A stretch of DNA of 64,000 bases. Source: Bacillota bacterium (lineage in GTDB: Bacteria; Bacillota; JAAYKD01). Of the stretch, positions 30,651 through 40,489 are shown one piece after another. A program made the position numbers and the translations under genes. Within the stretch, counting starts at the first letter, position 1. Each line of letters starts with the position of its first letter. The notes beneath the pieces are model-generated. The model was not told where the DNA came from and made no database searches. It saw only the letters and a program-made list of their open reading frames with translations. The stretch lies in contig OY762825.2 in assembly GCA_963666425.2 (NCBI GenBank), forward strand, positions 1-64,000. The letters are read 5' to 3'.

Positions 30651-31754
30651 GTGTTAACAATGTTGGAAGCTCAATTTGATATGCATGAAATTACAAAAAT
30701 AAAAGTTGTCGGTGTAGGCGGCGGTGGCAGCAATGCCGTGGATCGCATGATTTCTGCCGGCTTAAAAGGGGTAGAGTTCATTGCCATCAATACCGACGGA
30801 CAGGTTTTGTCGCATTCCTTGGCCGATCAGAAATTACAGATCGGCTTAAAGCTGACCCATGGTCAGGGTGCAGGCGGCAATCCGGAAATCGGTTTTCAGG
30901 CAGCTGAAGAAAGCCGCGATGAAATTCAGCGCGTTCTCAAAGGTGCCGATATGGTCTTCATTACTGCCGGGATGGGCGGCGGCACAGGAACCGGTGCTGC
31001 ATCTGTTGTAGCGGAAGTATCGAAAGATATGGGTGCTTTAACGATCGGGGTGGTCACCAAACCGTTTGCTTTTGAAGGCCGTCGCCGCGCCACGCAGGCC
31101 GAAGCCGGTGTCAGCCACTTAAGAGAAAAAGTGGATGCGCTGATTACGATTCCCAATGAACGGCTGATCAAAGTGATTGATAAAAAAACCTCGCTGCTGG
31201 ATGCTTTTAAGATGGTGGATGAAGTGCTGCGCCAGGGTGTTCAGGGGATCTCTGAATTGATTATCGTACCTGCCATTATCAACCTCGACTTTGCCGATGT
31301 TTCCACTATTATGCGCAACTCCGGTTCCGCCATTATGGGGATCGGTTATGGTCAGGGAGAAGGGCGCGCCACGGAAGCTGCCAAGATGGCTATTTCTTCA
31401 CCGCTGCTGGAAATGTCCATCCAAGGTGCCAGAGGCGTTCTTCTGGATATCGCCGGTGGTCCTGATTTTACCTTATTTGAAACGGATGAAGCCGCCGCCA
31501 TCATCGCTGAAGCGGCAGATCCGGAAGCGAATATTATTTGGGGTGCCCGCATTGAAGAAAAATTAAAAGATCAGGTCCGGATTACGGTGGTTGCCACCGG
31601 CTTTGATCAGTCGATGCCCAAGACTCCTTATTTTGATAAGAACAGTCGGATTGAAGTACAGACCCAAAAAGGGTTTGCTGCAAAAAATGTCGTACCAAAA
31701 ATGGAGGATGCACTGGCTAACTTGAGTGTGCCACCCTTCCTGCAAAAGAAATAA
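30651..31754 (+). CDS. ftsZ: Cell division protein FtsZ
   Basis: [16 protein letters not shown] tubulin signature, NLDFAD, C-terminal VPPFL. Confidence 0.99.
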   Translation: MLTMLEAQFDMHEITKIKVVGVGGGGSNAVDRMISAGLKGVEFIAINTDGQVLSHSLADQKLQIGLKLTHGQGAGGNPEIGFQAAEESRDEIQRVLKGADMVFITAGMGGGTGTGAASVVAEVSKDMGALTIGVVTKPFAFEGRRRATQAEAGVSHLREKVDALITIPNERLIKVIDKKTSLLDAFKMVDEVLRQGVQGISELIIVPAIINLDFADVSTIMRNSGSAIMGIGYGQGEGRATEAAKMAISSPLLEMSIQGARGVLLDIAGGPDFTLFETDEAAAIIAEAADPEANIIWGARIEEKLKDQVRITVVATGFDQSMPKTPYFDKNSRIEVQTQKGFAAKNVVPKMEDALANLSVPPFLQKK

Positions 31755-31773
31755 TTGCTGCTTAAAAATTAAA

Positions 31774-31810
31774 AAAAATTCCTCGGGCTGTCAGGCTGCG
31801 GGGAATTTTT
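31774..31810 (+). terminator. Intrinsic terminator after ftsZ
   Basis: AAAATTCCTCG...CGGGGAATTTTT. Confidence 0.7.
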
Positions 31811-31911
31811 AGTTTGGTGTTGGAACTTATTTTCATGCAAAAAAGGAATTGAAGCGAGGGGTGTCGTATTTAAAAAGGGTACAAGTGCTTCTTTGGAGAG
31901 GGGGAACAGAG

Positions 31912-32379
31912 ATGAATTGTCCGTTTTGTAATACAGCAGACAGCAAGGTGATCGACTCCCGCCCGATAGAAGAAGGGACCGCCATCCGGCGACGCAGGGA
32001 ATGTATTCGTTGCCTCAGGCGGTTTACCACGTATGAGAAAGTAGAAGAAATGGCCATGGTGGTAGTGAAGCGGGATGGCGGTCGAGAAGTCTTTGATCGC
32101 AATAAAATCTTAAACGGCTTGCTGAAGGCATGTGAGAAGCGCTGTATCCCCATGGATACACTCAACGAAATGGTCAATGATATTGAACTGGAACTGCGCA
32201 ATTCACTCAAACAGGAAATTTCCAGCCGCGTAATCGGCGAAGCAGTGATGCGTCGCCTGAAAGAAGTAGATTCGGTCGCTTATGTGCGGTTTGCCTCAGT
32301 TTACCGCCATTTTGAGGATATTGATCATTTTATCCTAGAGTTGGAAAAATTAAGCGGTGAAAAGAAAACGGAAGTATAG
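31912..32379 (+). CDS. nrdR: Transcriptional repressor NrdR
   Basis: CPFC, IRRRREC..C..RFTTYE, ATP cone, AYVRFASVY. Confidence 0.97.
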   Translation: MNCPFCNTADSKVIDSRPIEEGTAIRRRRECIRCLRRFTTYEKVEEMAMVVVKRDGGREVFDRNKILNGLLKACEKRCIPMDTLNEMVNDIELELRNSLKQEISSRVIGEAVMRRLKEVDSVAYVRFASVYRHFEDIDHFILELEKLSGEKKTEV

Positions 32380-32389
32380 CGGTGATTGA

Positions 32390-33670
32390 GTGATGAAGAA
32401 AACACACAAAACCCTTTCGCCCAAGAGACGGTTAGCCAGGAAACGCCGCCGTTTCGCTCTGAAAGTTTTTATCTGCTTGTTGACAGCTGTTGGACTCCTT
32501 TTTCTCATCCGGGGCGGTATCACACTTTACCGCAGTTTTAATCTGAAAATGATGCGCAGCGAACAATTCAGTGAAACAAAACTGATCGTCTCGCATCCAA
32601 CCGAAGGCGTCATTTTGCGTGATGAAACGGTTGTAGTATCACCTTACAGCGGTAAATGGCAGGCTCTGTGCGCAGAAGGCAGCAACCTTACCGCAACTGG
32701 GCAGGCAGCAGAGATTTACGATTATGCTGCCATGCGTAAGTATGAGGATGCCTTGCAGAAAATAACAGAAAATCGGCTCAACGATTTGAATAGCTTCCAG
32801 TCCAAAACAGATTATTATACGAAAACAATGCAGGAAGTTGATACAGACATTGCCAATTTAGAAAAGCAAAAATCATCCGATAAGGTCAAGAATGATGCGG
32901 ATGCGGTCAGTCGGCTCGAAAAGCAAATTGAAACCTTACAGGCAAATAAACTGACCCTACAGGCAGAGAAAGACGCACTATCGGACAATCAGGCAACCTG
33001 GGATGCCGAAGAAGATCTGATCCAAACGGCCCTTAAAAAGGATGCTAAGATTATTACAACCCCATATGAAGGCATTGTCAGTTTTCTCTGTGATGGATAT
33101 GAAGGATTGCTAACCACAACCAGTGTCGGTTCGATCACTTTGCAGGATCTGAAATCTTTTCAGAAGGCATCCGTAGTGCTGCATCAAACGAAAGAGGAAA
33201 TTACAGCGGGGTATCCGTTGTTTAAAGTGATCAAAACACCATGGTATTGGTGCACAGCTTATGATAAGAATTATGGGCTGCAATTGCAGGTGGGAGATAC
33301 AGTCGCACTGCTTTCGTCTCTGGGCAATCAAATTAATGCCACAGTGAACAGCATTGAGCAACTGGAAACAGCAGCGATCGTCACATATCGCTTTGATCAG
33401 CTGCTGCCGGAGACGCTTTCCGATCGTTTCCAGAGCATGGAGCTGATTGAAGCTCATGCAACAGGTTATGATTTGCCTTCAGATACTATTGTCAGCAAAG
33501 GCAAAATTAAAGGCGTCTATTGTGTGGAAAACGGTGTTGTTACCTTTCAAGCGGTAGAAGTATTGCAGGAACGAGATGCACGAGCCTATGTAACCGGCTT
33601 GAGCGGGACAAAAGAAATTATTCTCAATCCACGTTTCGCAATAGAAGGGATTCTGGTAAGTGGTGAATAA
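32390..33670 (+). CDS. HlyD-like membrane-fusion/coiled-coil protein (clostridial gene upstream of yggS)
   Basis: Basic N-terminus, single TM, GVILRDE, coiled coil, GIVSF..DGYE; position before yggS-sepF. Confidence 0.7.
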   Translation: MMKKTHKTLSPKRRLARKRRRFALKVFICLLTAVGLLFLIRGGITLYRSFNLKMMRSEQFSETKLIVSHPTEGVILRDETVVVSPYSGKWQALCAEGSNLTATGQAAEIYDYAAMRKYEDALQKITENRLNDLNSFQSKTDYYTKTMQEVDTDIANLEKQKSSDKVKNDADAVSRLEKQIETLQANKLTLQAEKDALSDNQATWDAEEDLIQTALKKDAKIITTPYEGIVSFLCDGYEGLLTTTSVGSITLQDLKSFQKASVVLHQTKEEITAGYPLFKVIKTPWYWCTAYDKNYGLQLQVGDTVALLSSLGNQINATVNSIEQLETAAIVTYRFDQLLPETLSDRFQSMELIEAHATGYDLPSDTIVSKGKIKGVYCVENGVVTFQAVEVLQERDARAYVTGLSGTKEIILNPRFAIEGILVSGE

Positions 33671-34358
33671 CTTGAGTAGTATACAAGAAAACGCAGATCA
33701 AATTCGAGCGGAAATTCAGGCCGCATGCCGCAGGGTGAATCGTGCTACCAGTGCCGTTACGCTGATCGCAGTCAGCAAAACAGTCGGTCCGGAGGCAGTA
33801 CAGCAAGCAATTGAGGCTGATTTGACGCATTTTGGTGAGAATAAAGCACAAGAATTCGTCAGTAAAGCGGCGGCTTTTCCTGATGCACATTGGCATTTTA
33901 TCGGACATTTACAAACCAATAAGGTCAAGGAGATTGTACATCGGGCGGAATTGATTCATTCGCTCGATCGCTTGGATCTGGCAGTGGAAATTCAGAAACG
34001 CGCCGGCAGCGACCGGGTGCATTGCCTGCTGGAAGTGAATGTCGCAGAAGAAAGCAGTAAATTCGGTTTGAAAATGGATGAGGTTGTGCCGTTTTGCCAC
34101 AGTTTAAGTCAGTTTCCTGTTATTGTGGTAGATGGATTGATGACCATTGCTCCTGCTGCCGGTTCGCCGGAGGAAATTCGCTCGGTGTTCCGCTGCCTAA
34201 GGCAGAAAAGAGAAGAATTGCAGGCTCTGCAGTTGGCACAAATCCCGTCTTTATGGCTATCGATGGGGATGACCAACGATTATCCGATTGCGATTGAAGA
34301 GGGAGCAGATTTTATCCGCATTGGCACCGGTATTTTTGGCAAACGTTTTTATCAATAG
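33660..34358 (+). CDS. yggS: PLP homeostasis protein YggS/YlmE
   Basis: AVSKT, FGEN, WHFIGHLQTNK, LSMGMT.D and RIGTGIFG. Confidence 0.95.
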   Translation: MVNNLSSIQENADQIRAEIQAACRRVNRATSAVTLIAVSKTVGPEAVQQAIEADLTHFGENKAQEFVSKAAAFPDAHWHFIGHLQTNKVKEIVHRAELIHSLDRLDLAVEIQKRAGSDRVHCLLEVNVAEESSKFGLKMDEVVPFCHSLSQFPVIVVDGLMTIAPAAGSPEEIRSVFRCLRQKREELQALQLAQIPSLWLSMGMTNDYPIAIEEGADFIRIGTGIFGKRFYQ

Positions 34359-34380
34359 ACAAAGGAAAGGAATGATTTGA

Positions 34381-34968
34381 ATGGCTGGCATCTTAAGTAA
34401 ATTCTGGAATATGATCGGGCTGGGTGATGAAGAGGAATTGGAGGACGACTTCGATGAGGAAAGCGAAGTGACAGCCCCGATTGCGCAACCGTTGGAGAAA
34501 AAATCGGAAGGCGTCAGGATTTTGAGTAAGACGGGGAATCCTGTGCATACACCACCTGTCAGCAATGGCAATTCCGGCAGTAATCCATCCACCGGCAATA
34601 GCGCTCCAGTCAATAACGTGGTTTCCATGCCACCGAAAGGAAATACGATGATGAACGGTAATGAAAACTCCCGCCTGGTCGTCTATGCTCCCAATCGTTT
34701 TGAGGAAGTACAGGTTTTAGTCGATCATATGAAAGCAGATCGGCCGGTGATTGTATCCTTGGAAGGTCTGGACGGTGATCTGGCTCGTTCGATGTTGGAT
34801 TTCATTTGCGGTGCGACCTATGCTTTAGAAGGCAGTATGCAAAAAGTAAGCGGTAACATTTTCCTGGTAGCTCCCAGAGATGTGGATGTTTCCTCGAATT
34901 TAAAGGAAGCCTTACTGGCGCGTGATTCCCTGGTCCGCAAACACGATGATAAAGGAGAAATGTCATGA
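34381..34968 (+). CDS. sepF: Cell division protein SepF
   Basis: DFICGATYALEG..QKV...IFLVAP. Confidence 0.93.
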   Translation: MAGILSKFWNMIGLGDEEELEDDFDEESEVTAPIAQPLEKKSEGVRILSKTGNPVHTPPVSNGNSGSNPSTGNSAPVNNVVSMPPKGNTMMNGNENSRLVVYAPNRFEEVQVLVDHMKADRPVIVSLEGLDGDLARSMLDFICGATYALEGSMQKVSGNIFLVAPRDVDVSSNLKEALLARDSLVRKHDDKGEMS

Positions 34969-35222
34969 TCGGCAGCGTGCTCTCAACCTTGATCGAAGTG
35001 ACGAAATGGTGCATATTGGTCCGGTTGTTTGCCAGCTTATTTTGGCACGCTCAAAAACCAGACTGGCTGCTGACGCTGGAAAGATGGACGGAGCCTCTGT
35101 TGGAACCTTTTCGCCGTATCCTGAAACCAATTGAATTCGGCAACGGCTACATTGATATTTCACCGGTGATTTTATTCTTTGTGCTCAGCTTGCTGCAGGG
35201 CGCCGTATCTTGGCTGTTCTAA
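34965..35222 (+). CDS. yggT: YggT/YlmG membrane protein
   Basis: TEPLL.PFRR and IDISP. Confidence 0.9.
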   Translation: MIGSVLSTLIEVTKWCILVRLFASLFWHAQKPDWLLTLERWTEPLLEPFRRILKPIEFGNGYIDISPVILFFVLSLLQGAVSWLF

Positions 35223-35263
35223 TACGCTTTCAGGTTCATCGATGAAAAAAAGGAGGAATTCCC

Positions 35264-35746
35264 ATGCTGAGTCCAATGGATATTCACAATAAAGAATTTA
35301 AAAAAGCACTGCGCGGTTATGATGAAACCGAAGTGGATGCATTTTTAGATGAAGTGATCCAGAATTTTGAAAGCCTCTACCGTGAAAACACGGCTTTAAA
35401 AGAGAAGCTTTCCGAAAGCAGTGAACGAGTAGACGGCTTCCGGGGCATGGAAGATACCTTAAAAAAATCAATTGTGGTGGCACAGGAAGCGGGAGACTCT
35501 TTAAAAATGAATGCCAGGCGCGAAGGAGAGTTGATCGTCCGCGAAGCCGAGATCAAAGCCAACAAGATCATTGACGAAGCAATGAACCGAGCGCAGAAAT
35601 TAATAGCGGAGCATGACGCCGTGCGGAAAGATGCAGTTGTCTGCCGAGCACGCTTAAAAACAGTGCTGCAAGCGCAGCTGGAATTACTGGAAAGCGCCGA
35701 ATGGCAATTTCCCATGAATGATGAAATCAAACAAATCAAATCATAA
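35264..35746 (+). CDS. divIVA: DivIVA
   Basis: LSPMDIHNKEF...LRGYD..EVD.FLD plus coiled coil. Confidence 0.95.
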   Translation: MLSPMDIHNKEFKKALRGYDETEVDAFLDEVIQNFESLYRENTALKEKLSESSERVDGFRGMEDTLKKSIVVAQEAGDSLKMNARREGELIVREAEIKANKIIDEAMNRAQKLIAEHDAVRKDAVVCRARLKTVLQAQLELLESAEWQFPMNDEIKQIKS

Positions 35747-35820
35747 AAGCAACGGGATTGACAGTAACCAATCCGCAGATTGCGCTTTTTAAATTTCTCT
35801 CTGAAAGGTGTCGAACAATT

Positions 35821-36510
35821 TTGGCTGAAAAAGTAATCGGTATTATCGGCGGTATGGGACCGGAAGCCACCGCAGATCTCTATTTAAAAATCATTCACAA
35901 TACACCGGCTGACATCGACCAACAGCATATGCATGTCTTGATTGACGGCAATACTAAAATTCCGGATCGGACGGCCGCCATCATGCACGACGGAGAAGAT
36001 CCAGCTCCCTTTATCGCCGAAGCCGGCCGCAATCTCTTCCGCGCCGGCGCTGATTATTTGGCGATTTCCTGCAATACAGCGCATTATTTTTACGATGCGG
36101 TGCAAGCGGCAGTACCGATTCCGGTACTGCATATGCCGAAAATTTGCCTCGAGTATATCCAAGAGAAATATCCCAATTTAACCTGCTGCGGACTCTTAGC
36201 CACCAGTGCCACGATTGAAACTGGCTTATACCAGAGTTTAGCAGAGAAGGTTGGCTTGGAAATGCTGCATTCCGTACCGGAAATTCAAGAAAATCTTGTG
36301 ATGGCAGGCATTCGCAATATCAAAGCCGGCCGCAAAGAAGAAGGCGGCAAATTGCTGAAAGCGGCAGCTGATGCATTGATCGAACGCGGTGCGGAAGTGA
36401 TCATTGCCGGCTGTACAGAGATTCCCTTGGTTTTACAAAACGGGTCCATCCGTGTTCCCGTTGTGGATCCAACTCTGACTATGGCACTGAAAATTATTGA
36501 ATTGAGATAA
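35821..36510 (+). CDS. Aspartate/glutamate-type amino-acid racemase
   Basis: GIIGGMGP.AT, IPDRT, CNTAH and GCTE catalytic cysteines; likely TTG start after GAAAGGTG. Confidence 0.9.
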   Translation: MAEKVIGIIGGMGPEATADLYLKIIHNTPADIDQQHMHVLIDGNTKIPDRTAAIMHDGEDPAPFIAEAGRNLFRAGADYLAISCNTAHYFYDAVQAAVPIPVLHMPKICLEYIQEKYPNLTCCGLLATSATIETGLYQSLAEKVGLEMLHSVPEIQENLVMAGIRNIKAGRKEEGGKLLKAAADALIERGAEVIIAGCTEIPLVLQNGSIRVPVVDPTLTMALKIIELR

Positions 36511-36596
36511 TTTACCAATCAAATCTTGCTCACAATTTCCCCGGTATTCTCCGGGGATTCTCTTTTTATTCATATGGGTTTTTCGGAGGAGTTCAA

Positions 36597-37061
36597 ATGG
36601 ATTTGCTGATTGCCTTGGTTATTTTGCTTAGTGACTTTCTCAGCAAACAATGGGTTATGGCAAACCTTGTTTACGCAGCAGCAACCCGCTTTTTACCGGG
36701 TCTGCTGCAGTTTCGTTATGTCTGGAACACCGGAGCAGCTTTCAGTATTCTGACCGGTCAGCGCTGGTTTCTTGTGGTCTTAGCATCACTGGCTGCTGCC
36801 GCATTGCTGCTGTTTCGCAGAAAAATCACCGGTGACGACCGACTGATGCGTGTAATCTGGGGTTTGGTTTTTGGGGGTACGGTTGGTAATTTGATCGATC
36901 GAATCCGTTTTGGCTATGTGATCGATTTTCTAGAATTCGATTTCATCACCTTTCCGGTGTTTAATCTCGCTGACTCTGCTCTGGTGCTCGGTATGGGGCT
37001 CTATCTTGGCCTGACTGTCTATGAGATCTATAAGGAGGGTAAAACAAATGGAGCTGCCTGA
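36597..37061 (+). CDS. lspA: Lipoprotein signal peptidase II
   Basis: NTGAAF, GNLIDR, VIDF and VFNLAD. Confidence 0.96.
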   Translation: MDLLIALVILLSDFLSKQWVMANLVYAAATRFLPGLLQFRYVWNTGAAFSILTGQRWFLVVLASLAAAALLLFRRKITGDDRLMRVIWGLVFGGTVGNLIDRIRFGYVIDFLEFDFITFPVFNLADSALVLGMGLYLGLTVYEIYKEGKTNGAA

Positions 37062-38058
37062 TCAAGAAACAGACGAAAGAGAAGTTCTGCATTTTGTCGT
37101 TCCCACAGAAGCACGGGGAGAACGCTTGGATAAGTGGCTGACAGCTATGACGGACATGACACGTTCTCATATTCAGTTGTTGTTAAAAGAAGAACTGGTG
37201 ACGGTGAATGATCTGGTAAAGCCCGCTCGGACCGTTCTCAAAGGCGGCGAAGAGGTTTTACTGATCCTTCCCGAACCGGAGCCATTGGAATTGCTGGCGG
37301 AAGACATTCCGCTCGCAATTGTTTACGAAGACGATGAATTATTGGTAATCAATAAGCAAAGGAATTTAGTGGTACATCCCGCTGTGGGAAATTGGACTGG
37401 CACCTTGGTAAATGGCTTATTGGCTCATTGCAAAGTCTGGCCTGGCATCAATGGCACCATGCGGCCAGGTATCGTGCACCGATTGGACAAGGATACCAGC
37501 GGATTGCTGGTGGTTGCCAAGACGGAATTGGCGCAGAATTCGCTCAGCCAACAAATCAAAGACAGAACGGCCAAGCGCATGTATTTGGCTTTAACCTGGG
37601 CTAATTTTAAAGAAGAAAGCGGTATGATCAACGCTCCCATTGGCCGCCACCCGCTGAATCGATTGAAAATGGCGGTAGTAGCCAGCGGCAGACAAGCACA
37701 GACAGCTTATACCGTTCTGCAGCATTTCCCGCAAATGGATTTTCTCAAAGTGCAGTTGCTAACCGGCAGAACGCATCAGATCAGAGTCCATATGGCTTAT
37801 GCGCACCATCCAGTAGTGGCTGATCCGCTCTATTCCACCAAGGAGCAGCATTGGGGTCTAGAGGCGCAGGCCTTGCATGCCTATCGGCTCGGTTTCTTTC
37901 ATCCGCGCTCGAATGAATGGATGGAATTTACCGCCGCACCGCCGCAGGACTTTCAAAACGTTTTAAGAAAATTAGGCAGACCTTGGGTGGAAGGAGGAGA
38001 AGAAGATGCCAAACTCGACTTTATTATTGGACGAGATACAAATCCGACGAATCATTAA
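37048..38058 (+). CDS. rluD: RluD-like 23S rRNA pseudouridine synthase
   Basis: S4 domain (RLDK.L), HRLDKDTSG and TGRTHQIRVH. Confidence 0.93.
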   Translation: MELPDQETDEREVLHFVVPTEARGERLDKWLTAMTDMTRSHIQLLLKEELVTVNDLVKPARTVLKGGEEVLLILPEPEPLELLAEDIPLAIVYEDDELLVINKQRNLVVHPAVGNWTGTLVNGLLAHCKVWPGINGTMRPGIVHRLDKDTSGLLVVAKTELAQNSLSQQIKDRTAKRMYLALTWANFKEESGMINAPIGRHPLNRLKMAVVASGRQAQTAYTVLQHFPQMDFLKVQLLTGRTHQIRVHMAYAHHPVVADPLYSTKEQHWGLEAQALHAYRLGFFHPRSNEWMEFTAAPPQDFQNVLRKLGRPWVEGGEEDAKLDFIIGRDTNPTNH

Positions 38059-38539
38059 TCGCCTGGCACACGAAATTATCGAGAAAAACGGCGGCTGTAT
38101 GAATTTGGTTTTTGTCGGCATAAAGCGGCGCGGTCTTCCTCTGGCTCAACGTTTGGCTCAGGTGATGGAGAGTGTTGAGGGGATTCAGGTAGCCTGTTAT
38201 GAAATTGATATTACACCTTATCGCGATGATCATAAAAAACAACCACTGCAGGATTTCGAGTTCGCTGCTGCCGAGATCACCGGCAAAACCGTCGTTTTGG
38301 TGGATGATGTACTGCATACCGGCAGAACGGTCCGGGCTGCGTTGGACGGTGTGATGAAGTGGGGCAGACCGGAACGCATTCAATTAGCCGTGCTGATCGA
38401 TCGGGGCCATCGGGAATTACCCATCAGACCGGATTTTGTCGGCAAAAACATCCCAACCTCTAAATTAGAAAATATCGAAGTGGAAATCATGGAGATTGAC
38501 GGCAAAGACCAGGTGACCTTGAGTAAACCAAGCGATTAG
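38006..38539 (+). CDS. pyrR: PyrR regulator / uracil phosphoribosyltransferase
   Basis: RLAHEIIE, DIT.YRDD, VDDVL.TGRT.RAA and DRGHRELPIRPD.VGKN. Confidence 0.96.
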   Translation: MPNSTLLLDEIQIRRIINRLAHEIIEKNGGCMNLVFVGIKRRGLPLAQRLAQVMESVEGIQVACYEIDITPYRDDHKKQPLQDFEFAAAEITGKTVVLVDDVLHTGRTVRAALDGVMKWGRPERIQLAVLIDRGHRELPIRPDFVGKNIPTSKLENIEVEIMEIDGKDQVTLSKPSD

Positions 38540-38665
38540 TTGACACTGGGAGCAGCCGCGGAACGGTCAGGACCATTGCCTGCCACATAATTTTCAGTCT
38601 GCAACAGCCTCCGGTTACCTAACATACCCATTGCTGTAACTTCATTTTGGAAAGGAGGTATTCTT

Positions 38666-40405
38666 TTGGCTTTGGAAGGTTTGTCGATCCGTGCTTTAAC
38701 GGAAGAACTCAATGCAAAATTGGCCGATGCACGGGTTGACCGCATCTATCAGCATAGTACAACCGAAATGACTTTAGAGCTGCGCGCGCTCAAGGTTTCT
38801 TATAAATTGCTCTTATCCATTCATCCCCAGTTTGCCCGCGTGCAATTCAGCGACACGAAACGAAAAAACCCCCAATCGCCGCCCGCTTTTTGCCAATTGA
38901 TCCGCAAAAAATTGGAAGGCGCTCACATCATCGAAATCAAGCAGCCCAAGTATGAACGGCTGATTCGCTTTACCTTTGCCGCCATGGACGAGTTGGGCAA
39001 TCCGATCAAACTCTATTTGATGTGCGAGCTGATGGGAAAAAATAGCAATCTGATCCTGCTCAATCAGGAACTGAAAATCCTTGATGCCATCAAGCATGTT
39101 TCCTCCGATCAGAATCGCTACCGTGAAATCCTGCCCGGCCGCATTTATCTCACACCTCCTGAACAGACGAAACAACCGCCGGAAGCCTGGCAGCCTCCCA
39201 CAACGGATGAGGAACTGTCTCTCTCGGTTTTGGATTGGCTGCGCCGCCATTTGGATGGTGTCGGTCCGGCTACGCTGAAACTGCTGCTGCAGGCGGCGGC
39301 AATCGATCCCGATCGGCTGAGTGCTTTTCTGCAGCCACAGGATTGGCAGCATCTGCAGTCCTTAAGCCAAAAAGCCATGGCAGAACGACAGCCCGGCATG
39401 CTCTATCTGTCCGGTTCGATGCTTGCCCCCAATCTCAGCGCAGTCGCTTTTTCGCAAAACAGCGCCGACGGCTGCTGGCTGAGCGCTTCGCAGGCAATTG
39501 ACCTTTTTTATGATCATGCCGACCAGGAATTAAAGCTTAATTTGCTGCGCACCCGCGTCACTTCGGTCGTGCAGGCAGCTTTCAGCAAAGCGCAGCGTAA
39601 GTTGAGCGGATTACAGGAAGATTTACAAGCCGGCAAAGACGCAGATCAATATCGCCTCTGGGGTGAATTGCTCAAGAACGCGCCGGATCCGGGTTATAAA
39701 AGCGCCGAGATTCGGGTCATCAATTATTACGATGAAAACTTGGCGGAATTAGCGATTCCCCTCGATCATAAACTCTCATTGGCGCAGAATGCGCAGAAGT
39801 ATTTTAAGCATTACAGCAAAGCCCGTAAGGGTGAAAAAGTGATCCTCGAACAAATCAACCTGATCACTCTGGAGATAGAGTACCTGACTTCGGTACTTTC
39901 CGCCGCTAAGCAAACCGGGGAAACAGGTGTGCTGACGGAGATCATTGAGGAATTGATGGAGCAGGGATTCCTGGCACGCGAGCGTCAGCCGGGCAATCAA
40001 AAGAAGAAACCAAAGCAACCGACCGTGGCGCCTTTGCGCCTGCTGATTCAGGGCATACCCGTTTCTGTTGGACGCAATAACCTACAGAACGATTATTTGA
40101 CGATGGAGCTGGCTGCTGCCAATGACTGGTGGCTGCATAGTAAGGGTATCCCCGGTTCGCATGTGGTGATTCATCAGGCGAAACCAAAAGCAGCTGTGCT
40201 GGAAAAGGCCGCTGCACTGGCCGCCTGGTTCAGTCAGGCGCGCAGCAGCAGTTATGTGGAAGTAGATTATACTCAGCGGCGTTATGTCAAGAAATTTAAA
40301 GCAGCCCGTCCCGGCTCGGTTCACTATACGCAGCAAAAAACAATTTCTGTGGCTCCGCTCTCTCCCGAACAGCTTGCGGTGGAATCTGACACTGAAATTG
40401 GATAA
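38666..40405 (+). CDS. rqcH: RqcH / NFACT (FbpA) ribosome quality-control protein
   Basis: MALEG, ELMGKNSNLIL, NAQKYFK.Y.K, VGRNN.QND, H....PGSHV and VDYT. Confidence 0.93.
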   Translation: MALEGLSIRALTEELNAKLADARVDRIYQHSTTEMTLELRALKVSYKLLLSIHPQFARVQFSDTKRKNPQSPPAFCQLIRKKLEGAHIIEIKQPKYERLIRFTFAAMDELGNPIKLYLMCELMGKNSNLILLNQELKILDAIKHVSSDQNRYREILPGRIYLTPPEQTKQPPEAWQPPTTDEELSLSVLDWLRRHLDGVGPATLKLLLQAAAIDPDRLSAFLQPQDWQHLQSLSQKAMAERQPGMLYLSGSMLAPNLSAVAFSQNSADGCWLSASQAIDLFYDHADQELKLNLLRTRVTSVVQAAFSKAQRKLSGLQEDLQAGKDADQYRLWGELLKNAPDPGYKSAEIRVINYYDENLAELAIPLDHKLSLAQNAQKYFKHYSKARKGEKVILEQINLITLEIEYLTSVLSAAKQTGETGVLTEIIEELMEQGFLARERQPGNQKKKPKQPTVAPLRLLIQGIPVSVGRNNLQNDYLTMELAAANDWWLHSKGIPGSHVVIHQAKPKAAVLEKAAALAAWFSQARSSSYVEVDYTQRRYVKKFKAARPGSVHYTQQKTISVAPLSPEQLAVESDTEIG

Positions 40406-40489
40406 ACCTCAGCATCTGGAGAGAAATACAGAAAGGAGATTGCCCTCTCCTTGTGGAATATTTATCTATTACAGGTATGGAGGATTAAG

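Noticed and set aside
38540-38610. SRP RNA or riboswitch (contains GGTCAGG and AGCAGC)
   Set aside because: The motifs are in the wrong order and the GGAA tetraloop helix is missing; an Rfam scan would be needed.
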